Source: Felis catus (Eukaryota). From it: a DNA stretch of 64,000 nt. The notes beneath the pieces are model-generated. The model was not told where the DNA came from. It worked only from the letters and a program-made list of their open reading frames with translations, and made no database searches. The position numbers and the translations under genes were made by a program. How positions within the stretch are numbered: position 1 is the first letter of the stretch; every line of letters begins with the position of its first letter. The stretch is from positions 229,154,001 through 229,218,000 of the forward strand of contig NC_058368.1 of assembly GCF_018350175.1 (NCBI RefSeq), in the 5' to 3' direction. Positions 39,667 through 52,148 of the stretch are shown piece by piece.

Positions 39667-39702
<36 letters not shown>
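39667..39702. repeat. (CA)n microsatellite
   Basis: Directly visible. Confidence 0.95.
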
Positions 39703-39705
<3 letters not shown>

Positions 39706-40375
39706 CAGGGGGAGAAGAAATTTAATGAATATAACTTTTACATTCAAAGGGTTTTTTTAATTTAGAAACATAACACCTTGTTCTACTAAACGTACTGTAT
39801 TGATTAGAGTTTTTCTTAATTATGGGCATTTCCTGTTGATCTTTTATCAGAGTTCCTTAGTTCTCTACACACAGTCCTTTGAAGAATTAATGCACTCTTG
39901 TTCGTAGCTATCATTTATAGAAGCTGTGCATGAATGCTAATTGTAATTTGACATAATTGATAAACATGTTTCAAGCAGATATGTTTGAAGATTGAAAAAA
40001 AGAAAGAATACATTTGTCATTTACAAGATGAAAACCTGGCAGAAAGGAAGCCATGCTAAGATGCCCTTTCTATGTCCTTTCTTATATTTATTTCCAAGCC
40101 CAGGTGCAGGTAGTCACAGGATTGACATTTTTTTCCCCGTTTGTTTTAGTTACAGAGAGGGCTTAGTAGGTCAGATAGACTCCTGTCTGTCCCAAAGTGA
40201 TATGAAATTGAACTCCAAGACTTGAAAGAATATCAGAGAAAACCTGCTCACAAATTGCCTCAACATCTAGAAATTTGGGAAATTGTTTTTCATAAGACAT
40301 CCAAGGGGAGGGTGACTTTTTTGAGGTATACCCTAACTTAAAGGCAAGAGGTAGTGAACTCAAAACACAGCAACT

Positions 40376-40775
40376 GTGTGTCAGTCAAAATATATATGCT
40401 AGGTGACACTGTAGTAATACACTAAACCAAAAATAAGGTAGCTTCAACAACTAAAGCTTATTTCTCATTAATGCCATATCCTTCAAAGATAATTTGAGAA
40501 CTTGTCCCCCATGTTGTTGTTGACGTCACTTCAAGACCCAGGTTGATGGAGTAACCAATAACCTGGAAAATTCTTTATAAAACAGGGACCTTTAGAAGGT
40601 CTTGCATCAGCACAACCAGCCCAGAAGTGACACATTTCACTTTCACTCCCAGATTATTAGGCAGAACTGAATACACAACTCAACCTAACCACAAAGATAG
40701 CCAGAAAGGACAATAATGTCATTTAACTGGAAAGGGGTGGGGGTTCCAGAATATTGGCAAAATCCCTCATTGTAT
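40376..40775 (-). mobile_element. MaLR solo LTR (MLT1J/K-like)
   Basis: 'tgtcagtca...gctaggtgacactgtagtaa...caacaactaaagcttatttctc...gacccaggttgatggag...cccagaagtgacacatttcactt...ggcagaact...cctaaccacaa'. Confidence 0.7.
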
Positions 40776-40879
40776 TTTGCCTTCTGTGCCATCCTTCCCC
40801 CACACTCACAGTAAAGAGAAGAAAATATCTCGCAGAATGATAATGATGCTAGAAAAGTAAGAACCCAAGAATATTCCCA

Positions 40880-41083
40880 GGGACACCTGTGTGGCTCAGT
40901 CAGTTAAGCATCCATCTGATTCTTGATTCAGGCTCAGGTCATGATCTCATCACAGTCTGTGATGAGACACATCAAGCCTGCTTAGGATTCTCTCTTTCCC
41001 TGTCTCTGTACCCATCTCCACTCGCATGCACTCTCTCTCTCTCTCAAAAATAAATAAATAATCTTTTAAAAAGAATTAAAAAA
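40880..41083 (+). mobile_element. Can-SINE, internally deleted
   Basis: Head 'gggacacctgtgtggctcagtcagttaagc', (CT)n region and A tail. Flanking 'aatattcc' is duplicated. Confidence 0.9.
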
Positions 41084-41664
41084 AATATTCCTAAACAGAA
41101 CACATACAAGCATATCGAGGAAAGGAACTGTCTTGGACCAGAAAAAACATGGAGGATTGTTATCTGCAGGTAACACTTGAATGATACTACTTTCAATTAT
41201 TTCCTTGAAAAAGAACGGGTAAATCAAACTGAACTTAGAGTCATACCTTTGGACATATTCCCATGGTATTGTGTATAAAGTCAAGAAACTGGTAAAAGGA
41301 AAATAAGACATTAATGTATTTTAAGACTCAGATGCTTGAAAAATAACAATAAACAATTCTCTGGCAAAATTGGAGCACAGGTATCAGATCTATGATAAAA
41401 TATACACTTTGGCTCTCTCTTGTAGAGATTCATATCTTCAAAGCAAACTCTGAGAAATGTTTTCTGTGCAGTGCGTGTAAGAATGCAGCCAGCCTCACTG
41501 ACCTAGTTGTTGTAAGAAAGGGAAGCACAAAAGATAAAGGAAGGTTAAGTCATCTTGGCGAAATGTGGAGTCATGGACATTGAAGTCATTTCCCAGAAAG
41601 AGAAGCAAGTAAAGAAGTGGTGTGGAAGGGGAGGAGTAGGGGTGGGGGAAACCAGGTTGAGAAT

Positions 41665-41890
41665 TTTTTTTTAATTTCTTTTCATGTTTGTTTATTTTTG
41701 AGAGAGACAGACAGACAAAGTGTGAGTGGGGAGGGGGAAGAGAAAAAACGAAGACACAGAATGTGAACCAGGCTCCAGGCTCTGACCTGTCAGCACAGAG
41801 CCTGACACAGGGCTTGAACTCACAAACTGTGAAATCATGACCTGAGTTGTGAAGTTGGACACTTAACCAACTGAGCCACCCAGGTGCCCC
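41665..41890 (-). mobile_element. Can-SINE
   Basis: Antisense body ending 'gagccacccaggtgcccc'. Confidence 0.93.
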
Positions 41891-41999
41891 AAGGCCGAGA
41901 GTTTCCTGCAAAACGTTTTGAGGGAAAAACAGAAAGGAAGCCATTCTGTATAACATTCTTGCTAACTATTTATATGGTATAGATGAACAATTAAGGTGT

Positions 42000-43640
42000 T
42001 TTGAGTTTTCCATTGAGGAATCATTGTTGGGCCTGCATCCCTGTGCATGCTACTTGTATTCACATGCACATCTTTCTCTTTGGTATTTATCAAGAATTAG
42101 AAGTGCTAGGGTATTAAGCATGCAGATTTCTATTTTACCGTAAACACTCAATTTCTCTTCAACATGGCTATACAAAGTTGCACTCCAGTCAAAATACGTG
42201 AGTCGTCCTAATTTGTCCACACTCATTATATCTTGTTTGGATAAAATCTATAATTTCCTGATCAGTGAGTTGGAGCATTTTTCCAAATATTCACTCACAT
42301 TCAGGTTCATACCAATATTTTTTTTTTCAATATTTTAAATGGGGTGGTTTGACTGGATCTATTTGATTAGAAGGGCTTCTTCATGAAACATTGATAACTG
42401 ATCCTTTGCTGTGTCTATTTCAGATTCATATATAAAATTGTACCTTATGATAAGGATATTTTAAGGTACTGAAATTTGTTGTTGCTTACTCCTTTGTTGT
42501 ATCCAAGGGAAACATGTCGAAATTGGAATTAACTAGAGGTCTACATTATCAATATATGCTTGTGTGAATATTGCTTTGCAATAGAAGTGGCTCTAAAAAT
42601 CAGTGGAGAAGAAATGGGCTAGTCAAAGTGTGGTCCTAGTACAGGTTCTCTCCATTGAGGAAAAGTGTATGTGTGTGTGTGTACATAGTCATATACTCAG
42701 AAGGGTTATATTTCTATATACACCATGAACAAAAATGCAGTTCACATGGGTAAAAGGACCTAAATACAAAGAACACAACGTTTACAATGAGTACAGGATA
42801 ATCTGGTTATCGTGTTGCAGTTGAATAATAACATGTTACAAACAACTCAAACAAGAATGGAAAATCAAAATAGATTTGAATAAAACGCACACTTTATAAA
42901 ATTGTGTGTTATAAAACAATATTCTACAAAGTTAAAAGATTAGTTGCAGAGTCCAAAACTACATTTGCAAGCATTTGGTGACCAAGGATTGGTATGTAGG
43001 ATATAGAAAAAACACTCTAAACCCATAAGTAAATTTAGGCAACACAATAAAAGAGAAATGAGCAGTTAACTCAAAGGAAAGGAAACTTAAATAGGCAATA
43101 AACATAAGAAAAGATGTTCAATGTCACTTGCAATGTAACAAAAGAAAATTATAGAACAAATATTCACATGAAGATATATATACATTCTTAAAAAATTTTT
43201 TTAATGTTTATTTATTTTTGAGAAACAGAGAGACAGAGCATGAGCAGAGGAAGGGCAAAGAGAGAGGGAGACACAGAATCTGAAGCAGGCTCCAGGCTCT
43301 GAGCTGTCAGCACAGGGCCTGATGCAGGGCTCGAACTCACTAACTGTGAGATCATGACCTGAGTCGAAGTCCGTCGCTTAACTGACTGAGCCACACAGGC
43401 ACCCCAAGGATACATTTAAAGGATACACTTAACCTTACATTTAAAGGTTATGATTACCTCTTGGGAGGGAAAGAGAGAGTGGAAGAAAACAATGCTCCAT
43501 TAAATCTGTAAACTTCTCATTAAAAACACTAATTCAAACACAAAGCATGTTAACATCTGTAATATTTAGTCTGTGGTCATAGAGGTATTTTTAAAATTTT
43601 TATTCTCTTTCTCTTCTGTGCACAATATGCTATCATTATT
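42000..43640. mobile_element. Very old L1ME-like remnants (antisense ~42.0-42.5 kb, sense ~42.55-43.64 kb)
   Basis: Residual motifs 'ggctatacaaagttgcactccag', 'tggagcatttttcca', 'ggcaataaacataagaaaagatgttcaatgtcact' and 'gattacctcttgggaggg'. Confidence 0.5.
43195..43405 (-). mobile_element. Can-SINE
   Basis: Antisense full-length body. Confidence 0.95.
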
Positions 43641-44584
43641 ATTTTAACTAAAAATTAAATCAGCCCATTTGCCATACTGCTGATTATAACATTTTTACAA
43701 AATTCCTGGATGGTTAATAAGAAAGCAAAACAGTCTCCTGTATATATTCACACATTTTTTTCTCAGTGTGCCTACAGGGCATCTGTATAGTACAGGTGGT
43801 GTCTCACAATATCCTGGATGTGTCAAAAAAAATTTTAAGCAATAAACCAACATGCAATGTCAGCATGTTAATGTTATCTGGGTCATAGTCTCCTATTTAG
43901 GCCTGCTTATGCTCCATTCACTGTTCTATTCAGGCCACAATCATTGGTTCCTGAACCTTATTAATCATAAACAGTTGGAAAAAAGACCAGATGGAAGAGA
44001 TCCCCATTCGAGAAGATATTTAATTCACTCCAAACCCAGTGGTGACTGATTCAAACAGCTAAGAGCCTGAGAGTTCTACTTGGCCCAGATAATGCATCTC
44101 ATGTTATTCCTTACTAGGCAGACAGAACATGCAGCCCAAATTCTACTTTTTGAAAGAAGCCATTTGGTATCTCCTTGCTACAACAAGTTTTGCTCAATTG
44201 GAGGAGATCAGATTTTGATATTTCTGAAGAATTTATGATACATGTAATGGCTGATCTTCAACATTATTTTTTGTTTATACATCAACTCCACCTTAACGAT
44301 GGTATCTAATATCCATCTGTACCTTCAATGTGGAGCTGACTCAAGGCTTTAAATTCCTTTCCAATGTCAATAGTTTAATATGTAAATGATTACCATATAT
44401 CTAGAATGTCCTCTTCTGAGTTTCTGCCAAACCCACATGTGATGTCTGCTAAGCCCCATTAAGTTCTTCCTCCTATAATTTCATACTGAAATAGTCATAT
44501 ATTCACAGCTTTAAGTTAACTATATTGGTTCATGATTTCTCAATAGATAGCTTAAAATATGTGGGTCAGAAAAAGTTAAAACCA

Positions 44585-44811
44585 GGGGCGCCTGGGTGGC
44601 GCAGTCGGTTAAGCGTCCGACTTCAGCCAGGTCACGATCTCGCGGTCCGTGAGTTCGAGCCACGCGTCAGGCTCTGGGCTGATGGCTCAGAGCCTGGAGC
44701 CTGTTTCTGATTCTGTGTCTCCCTCTCTCTCTGCCCCTCCCTCGTTCATGCTCTGTCTCTCTCTGTCCCAAAAATAAATAAACGTTGAAAAAAAAATTAA
44801 AAAAAAAAAAA
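44585..44811 (+). mobile_element. Young felid SINE (SINEC_Fc-type), full length
   Basis: Intact CpGs and a long A tail. TSD 'agaaaaagttaaaac' at 44568-44582 and 44812-44826. Confidence 0.98.
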
Positions 44812-46279
44812 AGAAAAAGTTAAAACTGAAAAAAATACGAGTAACCCACTGAACTAGAACAGATAAATTTTACATAGAAAACACTGACTGTGCGTTCTTA
44901 CTGTGGATCCTCATTTATCAGAACATGAGAGGTAAACAGGATATTTACTAGACTCGAAACCAGGACACAAAATGTCCTAGTCTTGTAACTTCGGACACAT
45001 TTCCGAACTTCTCTGCCTCTCATTATTTGTGTTTAAAAGAAGGGGACTTTTAAAGATTAAATCTGTTATAACAGTGGCTAGAACATATTAAATGTTACAG
45101 AATCATTGTCATTATCAGCAGCATGACCATCTCATAAATATAAGACACGTGGTCTTATTAAAACAATTACGAGAAGCCCTCACACACATATACCTGATAA
45201 GATTCACTGATTTGTTCAAGACTTCTCGATGTTGTGATTTAATCACTTACTAGAGGTTCTCAGGCTTCTGATGAAGGTGGCACTTATCTTTTTTTCCTCC
45301 TAAAAGTCTCTTCTCAAACACCTTTCCTAGACAGACTATAAATGCACAGACAGTAATACATATATGTGGGTTTCATTCTTGCAGAAGGAATATTATCAGT
45401 GCAATTTCCAGTTTGACCTTTCACATCAATTCTCCACTGGAAAATCCACAGTGCACTGTCTTAAGATACAAGGAGATAATCATGAAATCAAAGTCAAATT
45501 GCAAAACCTCCACCTTGTACTTTTTGTATCTATTGGTTTAAATTTTGTCACAATGTATATTTTAATACTGAGTGTGACTCCAAGGGGTACCCCTTATAAA
45601 AGGTAGAAAGATGATATACAAGATTCTGATTGAATTATATATTTAAAAATGGAATTTAAGATTTCAAAGTTACCATCCAAATGTACAGTTTCTTATTTCC
45701 ACAACCCTCCCCAGGAATAAAATAAAGGATCAGAATTTAAAGAATTGTTAAAATATTAAACAGCAGTCTACACCTGCCTCAAAGTTTCCCCACTGCATCA
45801 AACTAACTCACATTTGTTACTACAAAAGTAAAACAGTATTTTGTAGAAGTGGCTGCTCTGTCTCTATTCTAACTTTAGGTCTAACTAAGGTTGAGGGGAA
45901 CAAAAAAAGGTGGAAAAGGGAATCATCAACAGCAACATGTTAAGAATAGCATAACATATTATGGCAAAGATCTGTTTTCATAATAATGAAAAACATAGGC
46001 TTGTAGAAGATGAAAAGTCTACATCACAAGCGATAGAAAAATCTTGATGCCAATTCATTTCCAAGAAAAGCACATTTGAGAAATATAAACCCCATGTTTT
46101 TCAAACAGGTAGAAGTGTTGTATCTCTGCTTGTGTCCCTATTTCATACGGCTGTGTTTGCAAGCAAATGATTTGGTTCACGTTTTCCTATGAAATCATTT
46201 GGAGGTTAGCATGGCAGCCTTATAGCAAGGATACTCATAGCTGATACTATGAGTACACCTGATACTCATAAGATATTTA

Positions 46280-46500
46280 TTTTTTAATGTTTATTTGTTT
46301 TGAGGTGAGAGAGAGAGAGTGTGCATACATGTGCAAGGGAGGGGCAGAGAGAGAGGGAGAGGGAGAGCAAGAATCCCAAGCAGACTCCATGTTCAGGGCA
46401 AAGCCCCATGTCGGGGGCTCGATCTCACGATGGTGAGATCATGGCCTGAGCTGAGATCAAGTGTTTGACGCTTAACTCACTGAGCCACCCAGATGCCCCC
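46280..46500 (-). mobile_element. Can-SINE with TSD
   Basis: TSD 'tcataagatattta' starts at 46266 and 46501. Confidence 0.93.
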
Positions 46501-46591
46501 TCATAAGATATTTAATGTTAGATACTTCATTTTTTTCATCCTTCATTTTTCTACTTCTCATTTTATTCATTGTCCTCTTCTTTTTTTGTTA

Positions 46592-46850
46592 ATTTTTTTT
46601 AACTTGAGTACAGTTGACACACAATGTTACTTATTTCCAGGTTTACAACGTCATGATTTGACAAAACTGATAAATTTACACGTTATGCTGTGTTCACCAC
46701 CAGTGAAGCACCACTACCATCTCTCCCATTACACGGTTACTACAATCTCAGGGACTATATTCATTATGCTCTGCATTTTTTTTTTATTCCCATGACTTCC
46801 TCATTCCATAACTGGAAGCCTATGTCTCCCTGTCCCCTTCACCCATTGTG
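46592..46850 (-). mobile_element. L1 3'UTR end (antisense)
   Basis: Poly-T followed by 'tacagttgacacacaatgttac...tattcattatgctctgca...ataactggaagcc...ccccttcacccatt'. Confidence 0.8.
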
Positions 46851-47505
46851 CAGACAAGAAAAAGAAATAAGAGGCATCCATATTGGTAAATAAGTTAGAC
46901 TGTCACTATTTACAGACAGCATATTATACCTAGAAAATCCTAAAGATTCCACCAAAAAAAAAAACCAACTTAAGAGTAATACACATATTCAGTAGAGTAG
47001 ACGGATACAAAATGCCTAGAAATCAGTAGTGTTTCTGTACACTAACAATGAAGTTTATAAGAACATGAGAGAGAAATCAACTCCATTTACAACTGCACCA
47101 AAAAGAATACAATACCTAAAAATAAACTTAACCAAAGAAATGAAAGACCTATACTGTGAATATTACAAAACACTGATAAAAGAAATTGAAGTTGACACAA
47201 ACAAATGGGAAGACATTCCATGTTCATGGATTGAAGAATTAATATAATCAAAATGTCCACACTAACCAAGACAATCTGCAAAGTCAATGCAATTCCTATC
47301 AAAATACGAACAACATTTTTTTTTTTTTTGCAAAACTAGAACAAACAATACTAAAATTTGTATGAACCGCAAAAGACCACAAATAGACAAAACTATTCTG
47401 AGGAAAAAGAACAAAGTTGGAGGTATTACAATTCCATATTTCAAGGCATACTATAAAGCTGTAGTGATCAAAACAGTAGGGTACACATAATTCAAGTAGA
47501 CACAT
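46851..47505 (+). mobile_element. L1 ORF2 reverse transcriptase fragment (sense, degenerate)
   Basis: Peptides 'RQEKEIRGIHIGK', degenerate 'SLFTDSILYLENPKDS' (SLFADDM..YLENP) and 'YKTLIKEIEVDTNKWEDIPCSWI'. Confidence 0.9.
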
Positions 47506-48041
47506 CATTCTCTTCTTGACTTTCAACCTCAAACCCATTATTTCTGCATTACTTTGACTTCTCTGATATTTTACCATCTACTACTCTCATTTCCTTCTTC
47601 TATTACCTATGAGTGGAGGGGGGATATGTTCCAGATATAAAGGAAGGGACTGGATGGAGATATACTACTCCTGATGACTGATGCTGGTAACAACGATCAG
47701 ATTGCCACAAGCTGCTGTCCTCCAGCCAGAGTCTAAATATTGTGTACCCTAATAAGGCTGCAGACCTATTGTAAGGTTTGAGCAGTAACAAGGCAACTTC
47801 ACCAAGGTAAGGTCCTGCCTGACATAACATAATTCTTCACAAACCACCAAAGTCTAAACACTTGACTGCACCTCAAAGACCAAGGCATGTACATGAGGTC
47901 CTGCAAAAAGATTCTCTCTATGGTCATGTAGTCTGCAAATTCTACTTCCTATGTTATGAGTCACTGTGAGCATAGTTGTCCACACTGGTCTTTTGAACAA
48001 ATTTAAGAAATAAGACATAGAAGTGACAGATGTAAGCCAAA

Positions 48042-48082
48042 ATAATAATAATAATAATAAATAATAATAATAATAATAATAA
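48042..48082. repeat. (AAT)n microsatellite
   Basis: Directly visible. Confidence 0.95.
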
Positions 48083-48141
48083 ATTTTACAAATGGGGAGG
48101 GTACAGCTGAGTCTGAAAGCAAAATGCGTCTGTTAATGGGA

Positions 48142-48447
48142 TGTGCATTAGGGTTCTACACACAAACACATATAAGAGAAATTTATTACCAGGGATGGCT
48201 CATGTGACAATGGAAGCTGAGAAGTCTCATGATCTACCGCTTGCAATTGGAGAACCTGGAAAGCCAGTTCAAGACGCAAGAACCAGAAGTGCTAAAGTCT
48301 GAGGGCAGAAGATGGATATCTCCGTTCAAGTAGAGAGAGAAAATGTGTTCTTTCTTCGTCATTGTGCTCTCTTTAGGCCCTCTACAGATTGAATAGCGTC
48401 CACCAAGCCAGTAAGGGCGATCTTCTTTATTCCGTCTACTGACTCCA
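48142..48447 (-). mobile_element. ERVL LTR (MLT2-like, e.g. MLT2D)
   Basis: 'attagggttct...ggctcatgtgacaatggaagctgagaagtctcatgatct...ggagaacctggaaagcc...gagggcagaagatggat...aggccctc...gatcttctttattccgtctactgact'. Confidence 0.75.
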
Positions 48448-48584
48448 TTGCTATTGGCTGTATTTGTCTACTGTCTTGCGTATACTCAGAAAGGTGTCCT
48501 GCATTTCATTTTCAGTGACATTTAGGGATTTGTCTATTTCTCCTCTTGCTTTTTAGGTTCTTCTTTATACATTGTTTTAAAAAT

Positions 48585-48788
48585 TTTTTTTTTAACATTT
48601 ATTTATTTTTGAGAGACAGAGCATGAGTGGGGGAGGAACAGAGACAGAGGGAGACACAGAATCTGAGGCAGGCTCCGGGCTCTGAGCTGTCAGCACAGAG
48701 CCTGATGTGGGGCTCGAACCTATGAGCAGTGAGACCATGACCTGAGCTGAAGTCAGAGGCTTAACCTACTGAGCCACCCAGGTGCCCC
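48585..48788 (-). mobile_element. Can-SINE
   Basis: Antisense full-length body. Confidence 0.95.
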
Positions 48789-48906
48789 ACTTCTTTGTGC
48801 ATTTCAAGGTTACATTATGGAGTTTATATAAATTAAGGAATGTTACAGAATTTTGATAATCCTTTTATTTTTATAACTTTATTTCAAACTTTAAAAAGTT
48901 AATATT

Positions 48907-49045
48907 GGGGTGCCTGGATGGCTCAGTCAGTGAAGCGTCTGACTTAAGCTCAGGTCATAATTTCATGGTTCATAAGTTTGAAACCCGCATCAGTGGAGAC
49001 TGCTTTGGATTCTGTGTCTCCCTCTCTCTCTGCCCCTCCCCTGCT

Positions 49046-49096
<51 letters not shown>

Positions 49097-49545
49097 CTAA
49101 AAACTAAAATAAACAGAGGCACCTGGGTGGTTCAGTCAGTTGTGTCTGACTTCAGTTCAGGTCATGGTCTCACAGCTCGTGAGTTCGAGTCCTGCATCAG
49201 GCTCTGGCTGACAGCTCAGAGCCTGGAGCCTGCTTCAGATTCTGTATCGGCCTCTCTCTCTCTTCCCTTCCCCCACTTGTGCTCTGTTTCTCTCTCTCTC
49301 AAAAATAAATAAACATTAAAAAATTTTTAAGTTAATATGGGGTGTCTGGGTGGCTTAGTCTGTTATACAACTGACTCTTGTTTCAGCTCAGGTCCTGATC
49401 TCATGCTTTTGTGAGTTCGAGCCCTGCACTGGGCTCCGTGCTGATCTTGTAGAGCCTACTTGGAATTCTCTGTCTCTCTTTCTCTCTGTCCCTCCCCAAC
49501 TCGTGCTGACTCTGTCTCTCTCAAAATAAACAACGAATTTTTTTT
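48907..49545 (+). mobile_element. Three head-to-tail Can-SINEs (about 48907-49112, 49116-49328, 49339-49545)
   Basis: Three SINE heads ('ggggtgcctggatgg', 'gaggcacctgggtgg', 'ggggtgtctgggtgg'), each followed by a (CT)n region and an A-rich tail. Confidence 0.93.
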
Positions 49546-50505
49546 AAAAAGATCTTCCACAGAAGTTAATATGTGCATTGTAGGGACAAACAAGAAAAAA
49601 TAATCTATTATCATAACAGTTTATCTGGCTAAGTCCTTGTATGTATAGAGACACCAGTAACTGAGCATTCATTTTTATGTGGTTAAGATGGGAAAGTATA
49701 TTATTCCTTTTCCATACATCAAAAATATTTACCTATTTAAACTCTGAAACCCATGAGTATTCTGATAACTAAAATTATGGTACATCAACACAATCAGGAA
49801 AAGATGTCATTATGCCTTTTATGGGAAAAAAAATCTTGGAACAGCAACAAGTCTCTGGACAAGAATATTGGCAGAGTTGTAATAAAATACTGCCTATAAT
49901 AATGCTCAATTTTAAACGGCTCATAAAGAACTAGAATGCAATAAGTATAAAGCTTCCCAGAGGATTCACTATCAAATATATGTAATTAAGTATTAGCAAA
50001 AATATGTTTCAGGTGAATTATTGAACAATGTATTCATATCATAAAGCCACGTACAACTATGGTTAAAATCAAAAAGTAAATATGAACAGGTCAGCATGGA
50101 TTCTCTCTCTTGCACTTCTTTTTCTCCCTCTTCTGGAAACTCATGAACAAGTCTTGATGTCTACTACTCAGAAGTAATTCAAAAATGCTATATCCAAGGT
50201 CATTTTTTTCTATTAATTAAAAATTAATTAATTACAAGTTGGTTTATTTACTAGCTCTACATTTCAGCACATGGTATTAACTCAAGATACTTAAAAAGCT
50301 TAAAAGTTGCAAAATAAAGAATGAACTTTGTCACAATAAATGCAAGCACTTTATTTTTAAAAATGCACATAGAAAGCCTTGCCTTACACTCATTCTCCAC
50401 TTCCTCCTTCACTATCCCGTGACTAAGTACAGAAATAAGTCTGGCTCCGAGAGGAGAATTAACACAGGTCATTCCCTGAAAATAGTCCCTCCTAGTAAAC
50501 TAAAC

Positions 50506-50509
<4 letters not shown>

Positions 50510-50562
<53 letters not shown>

Positions 50563-50590
50563 CAGAGAGAGACAGAGAGAGACAGAGATA
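50510..50590. repeat. (GA)n/(GACAGA)n microsatellite
   Basis: Directly visible. Confidence 0.95.
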
Positions 50591-51149
50591 TTTATAGAGA
50601 GGTCATATTATTACCTCTACTTTTAAAATTCTTTGGGCATTTAGGATGTAGCATTGTCAATATATACAGAAGCAAGAAATAAATGTACACACAAAACGTT
50701 GGTTGTAACATGAAATATCTTCTAAATATTACCTATATGGCATAGCACCTTCTTCCCTTTCTTGTGCTTTCTCTCCACCTCCAAAAAATGAGAATACTGG
50801 ATGTGTCGTTTCTGATTCATTTCTAGAGGTGGTCCAACAGCTCCACTATCTAAATGTTATTCCCAGAGACATTTCTTTTCCATGTTGTTTTGTTGTTAAG
50901 GGCATTTAGAAGACCTGTGATTTTATAACTCTATTTTATCATATGTCAGCAACACCTTGACATCTACAGATTAGATGTTGCAATATAAGTATCCTTTTAA
51001 AAGATCGGGGAGTAGAGGGAACTTGACAGGAACATTTTCATGTTACATGCACAGGATTTCCATAAGTGGCCAATAAATCATCCCAAAAGGTAGTGGGCAG
51101 TATGTGGTCTTTGTTCTACCATTTCTCTCCTCCAATATCAAAGTCTAGT

Positions 51150-51240
51150 GGGCCAAGAACTATATATAGTTATATATATAGTTATGTATATATATATATA
51201 ATAATGTATATTATGTATTATATATTTCTATATATATAGT

Positions 51241-51276
<36 letters not shown>

Positions 51277-51319
51277 CTATATATATATATATATATATAG
51301 AACTATACATACAGGGCCA

Positions 51320-51362
<43 letters not shown>

Positions 51363-51414
51363 TCCTATAAGTATCCTGGCCCTATATCTATATATAGGGC
51401 CAGGATACTTATAG
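51150..51414. repeat. Complex (TA)n array with direct and inverted duplications; 23-bp-stem palindrome
   Basis: Arm ctataagtatcctggccctatat (51365-51387) and its exact reverse complement (51392-51414), separated by a 4-nt loop. Confidence 0.9.
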
Positions 51415-51929
51415 TGGTTCACACACCTGCCACCCATTGAGGCTCTGCTCTGCTGCTATTAACCACCTGCTGGTGTCTGGTCCACTTGGCCAATAGTGTT
51501 TAGTGTGGTCCAGATCTGAGCATTTCCACGGTTTGAGCCCTGAGGCAGAGCAGGTAGGGTGTCAGGTTTCTACAACATGGGAGACCTGGACAAGCTCTTT
51601 TTACATTGTCATGCTCTCTTGAACTTAGATTTATTACTACTGTGATAAATCCCTCTCTAGGTCTCTTAAAATATCTTAACATACATTTTCTGTTGTTAAA
51701 AAAGTAACATATTTATCTGTTTTGTTAGTGTTTGTGTAACTATATCTCTTTTTTATCACTTTGATATCATCCTTTCTTATATGATACTGTTGTCTTTTAT
51801 GTATCATCTGATAATTGTATTTTAATCACAAGTTTATACCATTTATATATAATGTAAATATGATATTTGGGTTTAATGTACTGTTTATTTTGTTTTCTAG
51901 TTATTTCTCTTTCTTTCCTTCTTTCCTTC

Positions 51930-52148
51930 TTTTAAGTTTATTCATTTATTATTTCTGAAAGAGAGAGAGAGAGCATGCAAAAGCAGGGGAGGGACAGAGA
52001 CAGAGAGAGGAAGACACAGAATCCGAAGCAGGCTCCAGGCTCTGAGCTGTCAGCACAGAGCCCAATGCAGGTCTTGAACTTATAAACCACAAGATCATGA
52101 CCTGAGCCAAAGTCAGATGCTCAACCAACTGAGCCACCCAGGAATCCC
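51930..52148 (-). mobile_element. Can-SINE
   Basis: Antisense full-length body. Confidence 0.93.
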
